A stretch of 64,000 nucleotides of DNA. Source: Candidatus Thorarchaeota archaeon. Lineage in GTDB: Archaea > Asgardarchaeota > Thorarchaeia > Thorarchaeales > Thorarchaeaceae. The notes beneath the pieces were generated by a model that was not told the DNA's origin, ran no database searches, and worked only from the letters and a program-made list of their open reading frames with translations. A program made the position numbers and the translations under genes. Location: positions 16,394 to 80,393 of the forward strand of contig RDNZ01000007.1 of the NCBI GenBank assembly GCA_011364905.1, written 5' to 3'. This document shows positions 39,872-49,191 of this stretch, piece by piece. The first letter of the stretch is position 1, and the number at the start of each line of letters is the position of its first letter.

Positions 39872-40582
39872 TTGAAACACACTGGAACGTCATTCTTCGA
39901 ACTCAAAGTAGGGACTGAAAACGAACTTACAATATTCCAAACCATGATGGTGAAACTAGTGAAATACCACGATGAGTTGCTAGAATTGGCAGGAGCGAGA
40001 GTTACTTTTTCTAGAGCAATTTCAAGACTTACTCCGGCTCCGCTAATCAATCTCTATGTTGGTATTATCTTTTCACTTACTTCACCAATAGGTCTCGGAC
40101 CGTATCTTAGTCCTCTTCAATCTGTGTTGATCTGCCTACTCATAATGGTCATTCTCCCCATTGCTCCAATAGTCTTAGAGGCGTGGAGAGGAAATGTAGA
40201 TCTCGATGTGTCTAACAGAGAAAGCCGGACAAAGTTCTTTGTGTTTTCGATGATGTGCGATGTCTTAGCTTTTGTCGTCTATGGATATTTCAAATGTCAT
40301 ATCATGAGTACTCTTGCTGCAGCATACTTCTCTGTAACGTTTGGTGTACTGTTGGTCAGCTTGAGATGGAAGATATCAGTCCATGGAGCAGGGATAGGTG
40401 GCCCTGGTGCAGCTCTAATCTATGTCTATGGTCCTATTGCTCTCAGTGTCATCGCTGTTTGGGCATTGGTCATTTACTCTAGGGTCAAACTGAAACAGCA
40501 TACACTGTTACAGTCAATTGCAGGCGTATTGATAGCAGTGATTATCTCATGGGCGACCTATGTTGCTTTGTACGCAGTATGA
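39872..40582 (+). CDS. PAP2-like membrane protein
   Basis: KISVH and SRVKLKQHT motifs, ~6 TM; true start probably downstream. Confidence 0.65.
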   Translation: MKHTGTSFFELKVGTENELTIFQTMMVKLVKYHDELLELAGARVTFSRAISRLTPAPLINLYVGIIFSLTSPIGLGPYLSPLQSVLICLLIMVILPIAPIVLEAWRGNVDLDVSNRESRTKFFVFSMMCDVLAFVVYGYFKCHIMSTLAAAYFSVTFGVLLVSLRWKISVHGAGIGGPGAALIYVYGPIALSVIAVWALVIYSRVKLKQHTLLQSIAGVLIAVIISWATYVALYAV

Positions 40583-40688
40583 CAATCGAGATGCGATATG
40601 ACGATTTTGTACGAAATCGATTCATATGTGAACTTTCGAATTTGTTAGATGCAGTTACGCCGCTGTCTAACTATAGGAATGTCTGTCA

Positions 40689-41975
40689 ATGCAGGACCAA
40701 GTGATTTGTCCAAATTGTGGAAAACACATCAGAAAGGGATCGACATTCTGTATAGGTTGTGGAAACAAAGTGCCCGAAGATTTGCCAATAGCCCCGCAAG
40801 AACCTACACTTGAAGATTCAGAGATTTCAGATGAATCTGACGAACTTCCAAGCCTTGAAGAGTCTGTCTTGGATGAGATACCTTCCGAATCGACTTCGCA
40901 AGCTACTGAACCGGAGGTCTTGCCACCGATAGAGGAAGACATGAGCTGGGATGATTCACCATTACCAACACCCGAAGGGCAACTAACTGAAGATGACATA
41001 ACCCTCGTTGACAAAATCGTCGAGGCTCATGCAGGAGAGCCTTCCGGAAGTGCCACAGAAGGACCAAGCACCTCTGCGTCAGATGGTCCCCCACTATTGC
41101 CAATTGGAGACCCAGCAGTACCAGAAGGAAGAAGTACCGACCTATCATGGGAAGAGGGAGTGGAAGGAATCAAAGTGGGAATGCCCTTCAAAGAGGTTGA
41201 ACCACCTAGAGTCTTTGATGAAGAGGTTCCAATCACAACTGAAGAGGCACTTGAGCATCTGTTCCCTGAAGGAGCACCAAAAGAGATTCAAGAAGAAACA
41301 AGAGAAGCTGTTGAGCATCTGTTCCCTGAAGGGAGAGGAACTACAACAACGTCGTTCATCGATGTTGTAGTCGGGAAACCCTCAAGAGTTGGTCTTAAGG
41401 GACCACTTCAGGAGCTTGAAACACCTGTTTGCCCGAACTGCGGGGTCGCACTTTCATCAGACGATTTTGAGTATCCGCCTTATGTTTTTGAGGCCATGGG
41501 GAAAGCGCGACTTGAGCGAGGCGAACAGTACCTTCAGGAGAATGAGCATGAGAAAGCAATCGAATCCTTTGAGATTGCAAAGATGCTGTTCGAGCAAGCC
41601 GGAAACGAAAAGGGTGTTGCTGAAAGCGTAAAGAGAGTAGATATTGGCTATGATGAGATGGCAAAGTTTCACTTTGATCAGGGCGAGAACCATATGAAAG
41701 TGAATGAATATGAATGGGCTATTGTGCAGTTCAGAAAAGCTCGGGAGCTCTACATGTTCAGCACTGATGAAAAGAAGCGTGCTCGATGTTCAGAGAAAGC
41801 TCGGGAAGCCTATGTAGAGTGGGGGAAAGACCTCGAGTCCCAGGGAGACCAGTTGGCCAAAGACGGAAGTTCAAGGGATGCACTGTCAAAGTACCAGGAA
41901 GCCGCTGCCAAGTATCGAGAAGGCGAGGATAGTAAAAGACTCCGAGGCCTTGAGAAGAAGATTCGGAAGGCTTAG
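40689..41975 (+). CDS. Zinc-ribbon / acidic disordered / TPR-like repeat protein
   Basis: CPNC..CIGC, long acidic Pro-rich region, second CPNC, helical repeats (AIESFEIA, AIVQFRKA, ALSKYQEA). Confidence 0.7.
   Translation: MQDQVICPNCGKHIRKGSTFCIGCGNKVPEDLPIAPQEPTLEDSEISDESDELPSLEESVLDEIPSESTSQATEPEVLPPIEEDMSWDDSPLPTPEGQLTEDDITLVDKIVEAHAGEPSGSATEGPSTSASDGPPLLPIGDPAVPEGRSTDLSWEEGVEGIKVGMPFKEVEPPRVFDEEVPITTEEALEHLFPEGAPKEIQEETREAVEHLFPEGRGTTTTSFIDVVVGKPSRVGLKGPLQELETPVCPNCGVALSSDDFEYPPYVFEAMGKARLERGEQYLQENEHEKAIESFEIAKMLFEQAGNEKGVAESVKRVDIGYDEMAKFHFDQGENHMKVNEYEWAIVQFRKARELYMFSTDEKKRARCSEKAREAYVEWGKDLESQGDQLAKDGSSRDALSKYQEAAAKYREGEDSKRLRGLEKKIRKA
41251..41332 (+). repeat. 22-nt direct repeat, 60-nt spacing (encodes EHLFPEG x2)
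   Basis: TTGAGCATCTGTTCCCTGAAGG at 41251 and 41311. Confidence 0.9.
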
Positions 41976-41980
41976 TGCCT

Positions 41981-42898
41981 TCAATCTTTCTTTGGTTTGA
42001 ACCCAGTGAGTCTCAGGATATTATCTCGAAAGATAAGATCCACATCTTCTTGCGTATAATTAAATCGAGGTAACAATGACTGAACAGCATTATACTGCTC
42101 TTCCAATATGTTGTATCTAAATCCGCGTGGGAAGAATGAAGAATCTGTACCAAAAACCACTCTGCAAGATGCTCCTGCTCTTAATGCATGTTCAAAGATT
42201 CTGGTAATAGTTAGTTCAGTATCCTGGTATTTCATCCACATGTTACTTCCACTTGTGTCCATAACCACATTGGGAATCTGATACATGAGCATCAACACTT
42301 CGCGGAAAAATCCCGCTCCAAAATGAGCAATCATAAAATTCAGCTCGGGAAAATCCTGAGCAGGTTTTTGGATATCGAGAGGATTTCCATATCTAAGATT
42401 CGCCTGGTCACCAATAGTTATACCGAAGTGGAGGATCACTAGTAGTTTCTGCTTCTTAGCTTCCTCATAGATGGGATATACTCGTTCATCATACATATGC
42501 ATACTACCAGAACTAGGATACAACTTGATACCCTGAAAGCCATCCTTTCCTGCTCTTTTCACCAAGTCAGCAGCGTTCTCTTGAGCAGGATCAATATTCG
42601 CATAGCCCATAAATCGACCGGGAAATCGCTTCCGAGTTTCATTAAACTCATCCCAGACTTCCTCACCAATCATCATACCAATTGCAGTTATACCATATTT
42701 ATCCAGTTCATCTATCCACATCTGACCAGCATCCCAACTCTCATCAGGGATCGTCAGTCCTGGCATGTCGGTCTGAAATGAGACCCTGTTTTGCATTCGC
42801 TCCATTGAGTGACCACTATTTAGCCATCTCTTAATTGTGTCATAAGTGAAGAAATGGGCATGGCTATCAATCACTTCAGTTCCAACTTTCGATATCAC
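41981..42898 (-). CDS. Amidohydrolase_2 family metal-dependent hydrolase
   Basis: IDSHAH, GIKLYP, ILHFG, IAHFG, FGTDS. Confidence 0.85.
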   Translation of the reverse strand: MISKVGTEVIDSHAHFFTYDTIKRWLNSGHSMERMQNRVSFQTDMPGLTIPDESWDAGQMWIDELDKYGITAIGMMIGEEVWDEFNETRKRFPGRFMGYANIDPAQENAADLVKRAGKDGFQGIKLYPSSGSMHMYDERVYPIYEEAKKQKLLVILHFGITIGDQANLRYGNPLDIQKPAQDFPELNFMIAHFGAGFFREVLMLMYQIPNVVMDTSGSNMWMKYQDTELTITRIFEHALRAGASCRVVFGTDSSFFPRGFRYNILEEQYNAVQSLLPRFNYTQEDVDLIFRDNILRLTGFKPKKD

Positions 42899-42984
42899 AG
42901 CAAAAGTCCCCTAAGTTTACAATAGTTATTGATACTGCCCCTTAGAGGTAATAAGGGCTCACTTGTAGGACAAGAGTGACATAA

Positions 42985-45225
42985 CTAGATCCAATCGCCA
43001 GTTTCGAGCTTTCGCGGGAGATATTCGTCTGTTAGATACTCAAAGCTGTGACTAGCAAATGCTTGGATCTCAGCTTTCTCTTTCAGTTTCAGCATCAACT
43101 CTAAGTCATTCACCCAAGGCTTGTTACGCTTTACAAATGGTTCCTTTAACATGTCTTTTACTCGCTTGATGTCATTGGGCTGCATTGGGATTCGAACAGC
43201 TTTTGGAATCTTGTATTCATCCAGGTCACGACTTAATACTCCTAAGAGTTTCAATTCTGGTGTAGCGATGAAGGGCGACTCATAACTAAGCCTCTTACTG
43301 CCTCGAAGGAACACAGAGTATATGTAGTGTCCATATGGGTCGGAATCAACAAGCGCAAATGCAGGAATCTCCAACTCTTTGACCAGCATCTTTAGGAAGG
43401 CTCTTGTAGCAATGTCTCCCGAGCCTTTCCCGGTTATTACGATGCAAGGTTGCCGGTTCCAGTACTTTGCTTCTGCAAGTCGCATGACTGCAGCATCTTT
43501 CTCAGATAGAATAATGAACTCCGCATCACTCTCGACAATCTCAAGCTGGTCTAAGAAGGGAGTAACGGCCCACCCACCAGTTCCCATTTTGGTAAGGTCG
43601 ATGAGGTCACCACCATCTCGAATTGTCACACGACCCATTGCTGAACCTCTGGCTGACGCAACAACATGAATGCTATCTCGTGTCGTTTGAATCATCGAAG
43701 CAACATCTTCAATGATCTTGTCACTGTACTTCTGCTCTCTAAAGAGATTGACATCACTGTAGTAGACCTCTCTTTTGGTTGCGTGAAGGTGCAACTTCAG
43801 CAAGTTGAATACTATCTCCATGACACGAGCAGTTCTTGTTGCATCAACAACAGATGCCAGTGAGTGATAGGGGCGAGAAATTGTACGCATTCCTAAGAGC
43901 AAAAGATCACGAACCTCATCCCAGACGATGTTGTCACCAGACCTACTCGGTATGTCGAAAGCTGGTCTGCCACTCATCATGGTTTCATTGAGAATATCTA
44001 ATGCAGTGTCAACTATTCTCTCGGTTGTTTCATCCGCTGTTAGACTAACAACTTCAACAGTTTCAAGAATTGGTTTTGCTTCCTCATCTGATTCATTTCT
44101 ATCCTGAATTTTTTGTTCCGCATTCGCCCAGTTCTCTTTCAATTCGATTGCCAAACTTTCGACAGCTTTTGGCACATGTAAACCTGAATCTTTTCTCACT
44201 GGTTTGGGTTTCTTCTTGGGTGGCCTTATAGGCATCTTCGTGGGTTTTCTTGCAGGAGGCGATTTCTTTTTTGGCTGAGCTCGCTTGCGCTCCTTTCTTT
44301 TTTGGGGCTTCTTTTCTGGTTCTTCTTCTTCTTTTGCTGGTTCTTCAATAACCTGAGGGGTTTTTTCCTCAGGCAGAACCTTGGCTGAAACCACAGTTTC
44401 TGGCTCTCCGACTAACTCAGCTAATTCTTGTTCGCGAATCAATCCCTTTGCGGCTCTCACAAATGATGTTGCTTTTGCTGTACTCAAACCCCCCACTTTC
44501 TTTGCGACATTTTCAGGGGAAGCTCTCGCCAATCGAGCCACAGAATCATAACCAGCCCGCTCTAATGAGAGGGCGAGTTTCGAACCCAAGCCGGGAACGT
44601 CGGTCAGAGATAGTTTTGGAGGTGAGATTGCCTCCTCCTCACCACTTACCTGTGTTTCAAGTTCATCCACAGGCGTAGTGGCTTTTTCGTGTCTTTTGAC
44701 CATCTCTTTTGCAGTATCTACTAGTTTCTTAGCTCCAGACAGACTGAGACCTTCAACCTTCTTTGAAAGAGAAGCAGGCCGTGAACGTGAGATCTGTTCA
44801 ACGGTTTCATACTTTGCATCAATCAGCCTCTCTTCCAGTTTAGATCCTACACCAGGGAGCTGAGTCAGACTGAAGGAGCTTTCTGGAAGTGCAGGTTTTG
44901 CCTTTTTCTTTGCAGGGGACTCTTTCTTCTTTGAACCAGCCTTCTTTTTCTGAGTTTGTTTCTTATCAGCTGGCTTTTTCGATGGCTTTTTTGAACCAGC
45001 CTTCTTTTTCTGAGTTTGTTTCTTATCAGCTGGCTTTTTCGAAGTCTGTTTCTTCACAGCTGGTTTTTTCGATGGCTTCTTTTGACTCTTGGACTTAGTT
45101 GCTTTCTTAGAAGGGCTTTTGGAGCTCTTTCTTGCCGATTTCTTCTTCGTTTTTTGTTCTTCAACAACGTCACTAAGAGTTGCTTGAACCGTGTCCTGTT
45201 TGTCTTTCTTTTTCTTACGACTCAA
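42985..45225 (-). CDS. top6A: DNA topoisomerase VI subunit A with long N-terminal extension
   Basis: TKREVYY catalytic Tyr, SEKDA and DSDPYG TOPRIM motifs, KAEIQA. Confidence 0.9.
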   Translation of the reverse strand: MSRKKKKDKQDTVQATLSDVVEEQKTKKKSARKSSKSPSKKATKSKSQKKPSKKPAVKKQTSKKPADKKQTQKKKAGSKKPSKKPADKKQTQKKKAGSKKKESPAKKKAKPALPESSFSLTQLPGVGSKLEERLIDAKYETVEQISRSRPASLSKKVEGLSLSGAKKLVDTAKEMVKRHEKATTPVDELETQVSGEEEAISPPKLSLTDVPGLGSKLALSLERAGYDSVARLARASPENVAKKVGGLSTAKATSFVRAAKGLIREQELAELVGEPETVVSAKVLPEEKTPQVIEEPAKEEEEPEKKPQKRKERKRAQPKKKSPPARKPTKMPIRPPKKKPKPVRKDSGLHVPKAVESLAIELKENWANAEQKIQDRNESDEEAKPILETVEVVSLTADETTERIVDTALDILNETMMSGRPAFDIPSRSGDNIVWDEVRDLLLLGMRTISRPYHSLASVVDATRTARVMEIVFNLLKLHLHATKREVYYSDVNLFREQKYSDKIIEDVASMIQTTRDSIHVVASARGSAMGRVTIRDGGDLIDLTKMGTGGWAVTPFLDQLEIVESDAEFIILSEKDAAVMRLAEAKYWNRQPCIVITGKGSGDIATRAFLKMLVKELEIPAFALVDSDPYGHYIYSVFLRGSKRLSYESPFIATPELKLLGVLSRDLDEYKIPKAVRIPMQPNDIKRVKDMLKEPFVKRNKPWVNDLELMLKLKEKAEIQAFASHSFEYLTDEYLPRKLETGDWI
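44930..45042. repeat. Tandem 60-nt duplication within top6A (53 nt identical)
   Basis: 44930-44982 equals 44990-45042; encodes SKKPADKKQTQKKKAGSK x2. Confidence 0.9.
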
Positions 45226-47225
45226 TCAAGCTCACCTTCTTCGGAGGTATCTTCCCCATTATCTAATGGAATGTCGGCGATAAGGTCAGTCCCGAGTGCA
45301 TCAGTTTCAGTTTCCTCTTGGTCCTCAACTGTTTCAAACCCGGTTATCGAATCTCGTAGCTTACTCGCAATTGTTTCAGCATCAAAAAGAGGCTTCTTCT
45401 TACCATCATTGGCAATAGTCACCAAGCTCTGTGCAAACTGATCAGCATACATCGCAAGAATGCCTGCGCGCTTGGCCTTCCTTCGTGCTGTTTCACGCCT
45501 GGTAATGAATCGCCTGAATTTTCGTCCAGCATCCTCGAGGGCGAGTTTGATCTCTCTTAGAAGCACCTCGTCTTCTGCGAGGGCTTGTTTACTCTGCCCC
45601 TTAAACATGACATGCACATAGGCTCCTGCGACGTGAATAAACACCATTACAGGTCCTCGCGGAATTCCATTATCAAAGGTCTGCAATTTGTAGTTCTTCC
45701 AGTTCACTAGTGCCGTAGCCTTCCAAGTGGCGCAGTCGCTATTGTCTCTGAGTTTTGGAACCCGATTCACAAATCGCCAAAGGACCATTGGCGCAGATGA
45801 TGCAGATTTGATCTCACCGCCATAAGCAATACAAACCTCAATGGCAAACGATAGACCTTTTCCTGAGGTGGGCTTTCGTGTCACTGCGGCTACAAAGTCT
45901 GGCTTGTATGCCATCTTAATTGTTTGTTCGAATATCTCTTCTCCAACTGGCACAACAGTATCAGTGGGAGGTGCTATATAGTCCTCGCTTGAAAAGGAGC
46001 GATAGAGTAGCTCAACTTCTGTCTTAGACAGAGAGTCTGTTGGTGTTGTCATTTTAAGATCATCAAGATGCCTTCTTCGAAGGTCTTTACTTGCATTGGC
46101 AATAATCGTCCTAGCTTTATTGGTACTTAGACGACAGAACGCTTTTGTCAGAAAACCTCGTAGATCCGATTCCTTGGTTTCCCTTAACAGATCTTGAAAC
46201 TCACCAATCCTAATACTTGCGGGGTGAGGTTGAGCATACTTGGGTTCTTCTGGGAATGTATTCACCCTACGTGGATGAATGTGAACCAAACCGTAGGGAT
46301 CAATAAAGATGATTGTCACATGAGAGTTTAGTAGTGATGCCATCTCTGCATATACATCAGCATAACCTCGTCGATATTGGATATTCAGATAGTATAATCT
46401 GATGTAGGTTCCGTGATTGAAAGGAAGGTCCATGTCTATTGGTCCACCAACATGTTCCTTGGTGTTTGCAGTGGTCGTGTAGAAGTTGGTTACTGTAGCC
46501 ATATCAGTATTGAATCGTTTTGATATTGTAAAAATGGGCTTTCCAGTAGTGTTTTGTGCATCACTGAATGCTGATGGAGCACCAAATCCTTGGCTGCCTC
46601 TCGTTTGCCTCAGTTTCTCAGACTTACTTGATGCTAGATAGATTCCAAATTTCTCCAAGTCATTTGGAACCATCCCTACGCCAGTATCGAAACAGGTGAA
46701 CTCGTATACCTTGAAGCCTTCTTCGTCATCAATGGGAACAAGGTCAGGCATCTGAACTTCTTTTAGCTCCATGACCACTAGAGGTTCTCGTTTAGATATG
46801 AGAGTGCGCAAAGGCACCACGAACTTTCGAAACTCAGTAATTCGTTCATCGATGGTTTCCTTGCGTCTCGCAGGTATCTCTACTTCCTTGCCAGCTCGCA
46901 CATCTCGTTCAAGCTGCTTGCTGAGTGCAATAGAATCAATTTGCCCTTCTTCTAGTTTAGCTCGAACCTCAGCAATAACAGCAGGATCTAGCTGATCTTG
47001 AAGACGAGGGTGTCGCTTTGCTTTCCACCACCAACTCTCAAGAGCATCAATGGCATTGTCCAAGAACTCGATTGCGTACTGTGTATGTTTGTTAAGTCCT
47101 GTTTCAAAACCGACAAGCTGGGTACGTTTTCTCATGAATTTTGCAATTGTACCTTGCTTGATGTCTCCTGACTCGGCCTTGATTACCGTAGGAGCTGGAT
47201 TTGAATTGGATTTTTTCCCGGACAA
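45222..47225 (-). CDS. top6B: DNA topoisomerase VI subunit B
   Basis: GHKL motifs EFLDNAID, DTGVGM, RGSQGFG; RFVNRVP, FKGQSKQA. Confidence 0.9.
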   Translation of the reverse strand: MSGKKSNSNPAPTVIKAESGDIKQGTIAKFMRKRTQLVGFETGLNKHTQYAIEFLDNAIDALESWWWKAKRHPRLQDQLDPAVIAEVRAKLEEGQIDSIALSKQLERDVRAGKEVEIPARRKETIDERITEFRKFVVPLRTLISKREPLVVMELKEVQMPDLVPIDDEEGFKVYEFTCFDTGVGMVPNDLEKFGIYLASSKSEKLRQTRGSQGFGAPSAFSDAQNTTGKPIFTISKRFNTDMATVTNFYTTTANTKEHVGGPIDMDLPFNHGTYIRLYYLNIQYRRGYADVYAEMASLLNSHVTIIFIDPYGLVHIHPRRVNTFPEEPKYAQPHPASIRIGEFQDLLRETKESDLRGFLTKAFCRLSTNKARTIIANASKDLRRRHLDDLKMTTPTDSLSKTEVELLYRSFSSEDYIAPPTDTVVPVGEEIFEQTIKMAYKPDFVAAVTRKPTSGKGLSFAIEVCIAYGGEIKSASSAPMVLWRFVNRVPKLRDNSDCATWKATALVNWKNYKLQTFDNGIPRGPVMVFIHVAGAYVHVMFKGQSKQALAEDEVLLREIKLALEDAGRKFRRFITRRETARRKAKRAGILAMYADQFAQSLVTIANDGKKKPLFDAETIASKLRDSITGFETVEDQEETETDALGTDLIADIPLDNGEDTSEEGELD

Positions 47226-47538
47226 TGTAATTCACTCCGAACTATGGAAATGTTGCTACATTTTATCAATGAGCAATCGGACAGGTTTACCTACGAAACG
47301 GTCTTCTGCCTTGTCTAATCGGATTTCTTTTACTATATATTAATGATTTCTGTCACTAATACCTTCAAAATGCCTCTTTCTATGATTTTGTGCACTTAGA
47401 ACGCTTTTGAAGTCATATAATCGGAGAAATATCTCACTCGTAGGGCAAACTAGAACTCACATTCCCGTTTTTACAGATTAACGGAGACCAATGGACAACC
47501 TTTTCCGGAGGAATAGCACCTCAGTCTAGAGCAAGAAA

Positions 47539-48294
47539 ATGAGTCCCAAACCAGTCAATGCAATAGCAATACACTCGATTCCTGATGTCAATCCGGAGGA
47601 TAATATTCCGGAGATGATACTTGACGCAGTTCGAGAAACGGGACTTGAATTAATGGATCGAGATGTCCTGGTCATTGCTTCTAAAATTGTTTCCAAATCA
47701 GAAGATAGGATCGTTCACGCATCAGCGATCGAAGTTTCAAAGCAGGCAGAGAAGATTGCTGAAAAGAACAACTTCGACCCAATTCATGTTGAAATCGCGC
47801 TCCGCGAAGCAAATGAGGTCATAAACAGTGATGGTGTGTTAATTACAGAAACCCATTTCGGACTAGTCTGCAACTTCAGTGGTGTAGATAAGTCCAATGC
47901 TCCAGAAGGAGCATACATTCTCCTTCCGGAAAACCCGGATAGGTCTGCTGAGAGAATCCTCTCAATACTCTCTGAAAAAACAGGATTACAACTAGCTGTT
48001 ATAATATCGGATACTCAAGGGAGACCCTGGAGAAAAGGTTCGGTTAATATAGCCATAGGATGCGCAGGTATCAATGCCTACAAGCATAACAAAGGAAGGA
48101 GGGACTTGTATGGTAGGATTCTGCAACGCTCTAGTGTTTGCCAAATTGACGAAATCGCATCACTCGCAGAGCCGCTCATGGGACAAGCTGGAGAGAGAAC
48201 ACCTGTAGTCGTTGTTAGAGGTTACGAATACTCTAAGGGAAACGAAAAAGCTACAGACATAAATCGACCTAAGAGCGAGGATCTTTTCAGATAG
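47539..48294 (+). CDS. cofE: Coenzyme F420-0:L-glutamate ligase
   Basis: SKIVSKSE, SGVDKSN, DTQGRPWRKG, DLYGR. Confidence 0.9.
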   Translation: MSPKPVNAIAIHSIPDVNPEDNIPEMILDAVRETGLELMDRDVLVIASKIVSKSEDRIVHASAIEVSKQAEKIAEKNNFDPIHVEIALREANEVINSDGVLITETHFGLVCNFSGVDKSNAPEGAYILLPENPDRSAERILSILSEKTGLQLAVIISDTQGRPWRKGSVNIAIGCAGINAYKHNKGRRDLYGRILQRSSVCQIDEIASLAEPLMGQAGERTPVVVVRGYEYSKGNEKATDINRPKSEDLFR

Positions 48295-48344
48295 TACAAT
48301 GGGATAACAGAAGGGCCCTAATATGAGCCCTTCGATAGCATTAA

Positions 48345-49091
48345 CTAGTTAAGCTTCTGTCCGCATTTATTGCAGAATCTAGCACCTTGAGGATAGGGAG
48401 TTCCACAATTACCGCAAAAGCCTGCTTGACCACCAGGAACACCAGCCCCAGCTTGAGCTCCACTGGAGCCCTGAGCAGGACTTCCGCCTTCAATAACTCC
48501 ACCGCAATTGGGACATGTAGGTACATTTCCAGCATTCGTTCCGCAATATGGACACTTGCCTTGACTCTGCGCGGAGCTGACATTAGCGAGGATTGAGGGA
48601 ATGACCTTCTTTTGCTTAAAGCGAAATTCCATTGTTCCTCCGGATTTCAGCTCGACAATGAGACGATCTCCGCTCTGAGTAGCATTGCTGATTGCTAGAA
48701 GAGGCAGAGCAATGCTTTCCGTATTCCCGTGCTGATCTTTGTTATAGTACGAGTCAGCGGTCCAGGACGAAATAGCGGTTCCGACAGCTGCATAAGTGAT
48801 TCCTCTTGCAAGGGAACGAGTAACTGCTCGACCGACACCACCCATCTGTCGTCCAGCACCCTCAAGAAGTGCAGCTCCAGCTACCGCACCGGCAAGCGCG
48901 CCCCATTTTTTCAGCCCACTCCTCTTTGATGGTTTCTTGTACCACACAATACGAATATCGGTAAGCTCGAGTGAGCCATCTTCTCCGTCAAACTTTACAT
49001 CCTTCTCACGGACCATTTTCCGCTCATAGTTCATGGTATCTAGTCCTGAGCCTGAATAAGATACGGTTAAAAACTGTGGTCTATCTGACAA
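48345..49091 (-). CDS. PH/GRAM-like + double zinc-ribbon protein
   Basis: GSLELTDIRIVW...LPLLAISN beta pattern; CPYC/CPNC and CGNC/CNKC ribbons. Confidence 0.6.
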   Translation of the reverse strand: MSDRPQFLTVSYSGSGLDTMNYERKMVREKDVKFDGEDGSLELTDIRIVWYKKPSKRSGLKKWGALAGAVAGAALLEGAGRQMGGVGRAVTRSLARGITYAAVGTAISSWTADSYYNKDQHGNTESIALPLLAISNATQSGDRLIVELKSGGTMEFRFKQKKVIPSILANVSSAQSQGKCPYCGTNAGNVPTCPNCGGVIEGGSPAQGSSGAQAGAGVPGGQAGFCGNCGTPYPQGARFCNKCGQKLN

Positions 49092-49191
49092 TTATAAGCA
49101 CCAATGCCCAATTCACAACATTGAGTATTAACTTTTTGTTGGGCGATAAAATAATGGAATGGCTGCTGTCGTAAGCAGCCTCCATACAATT

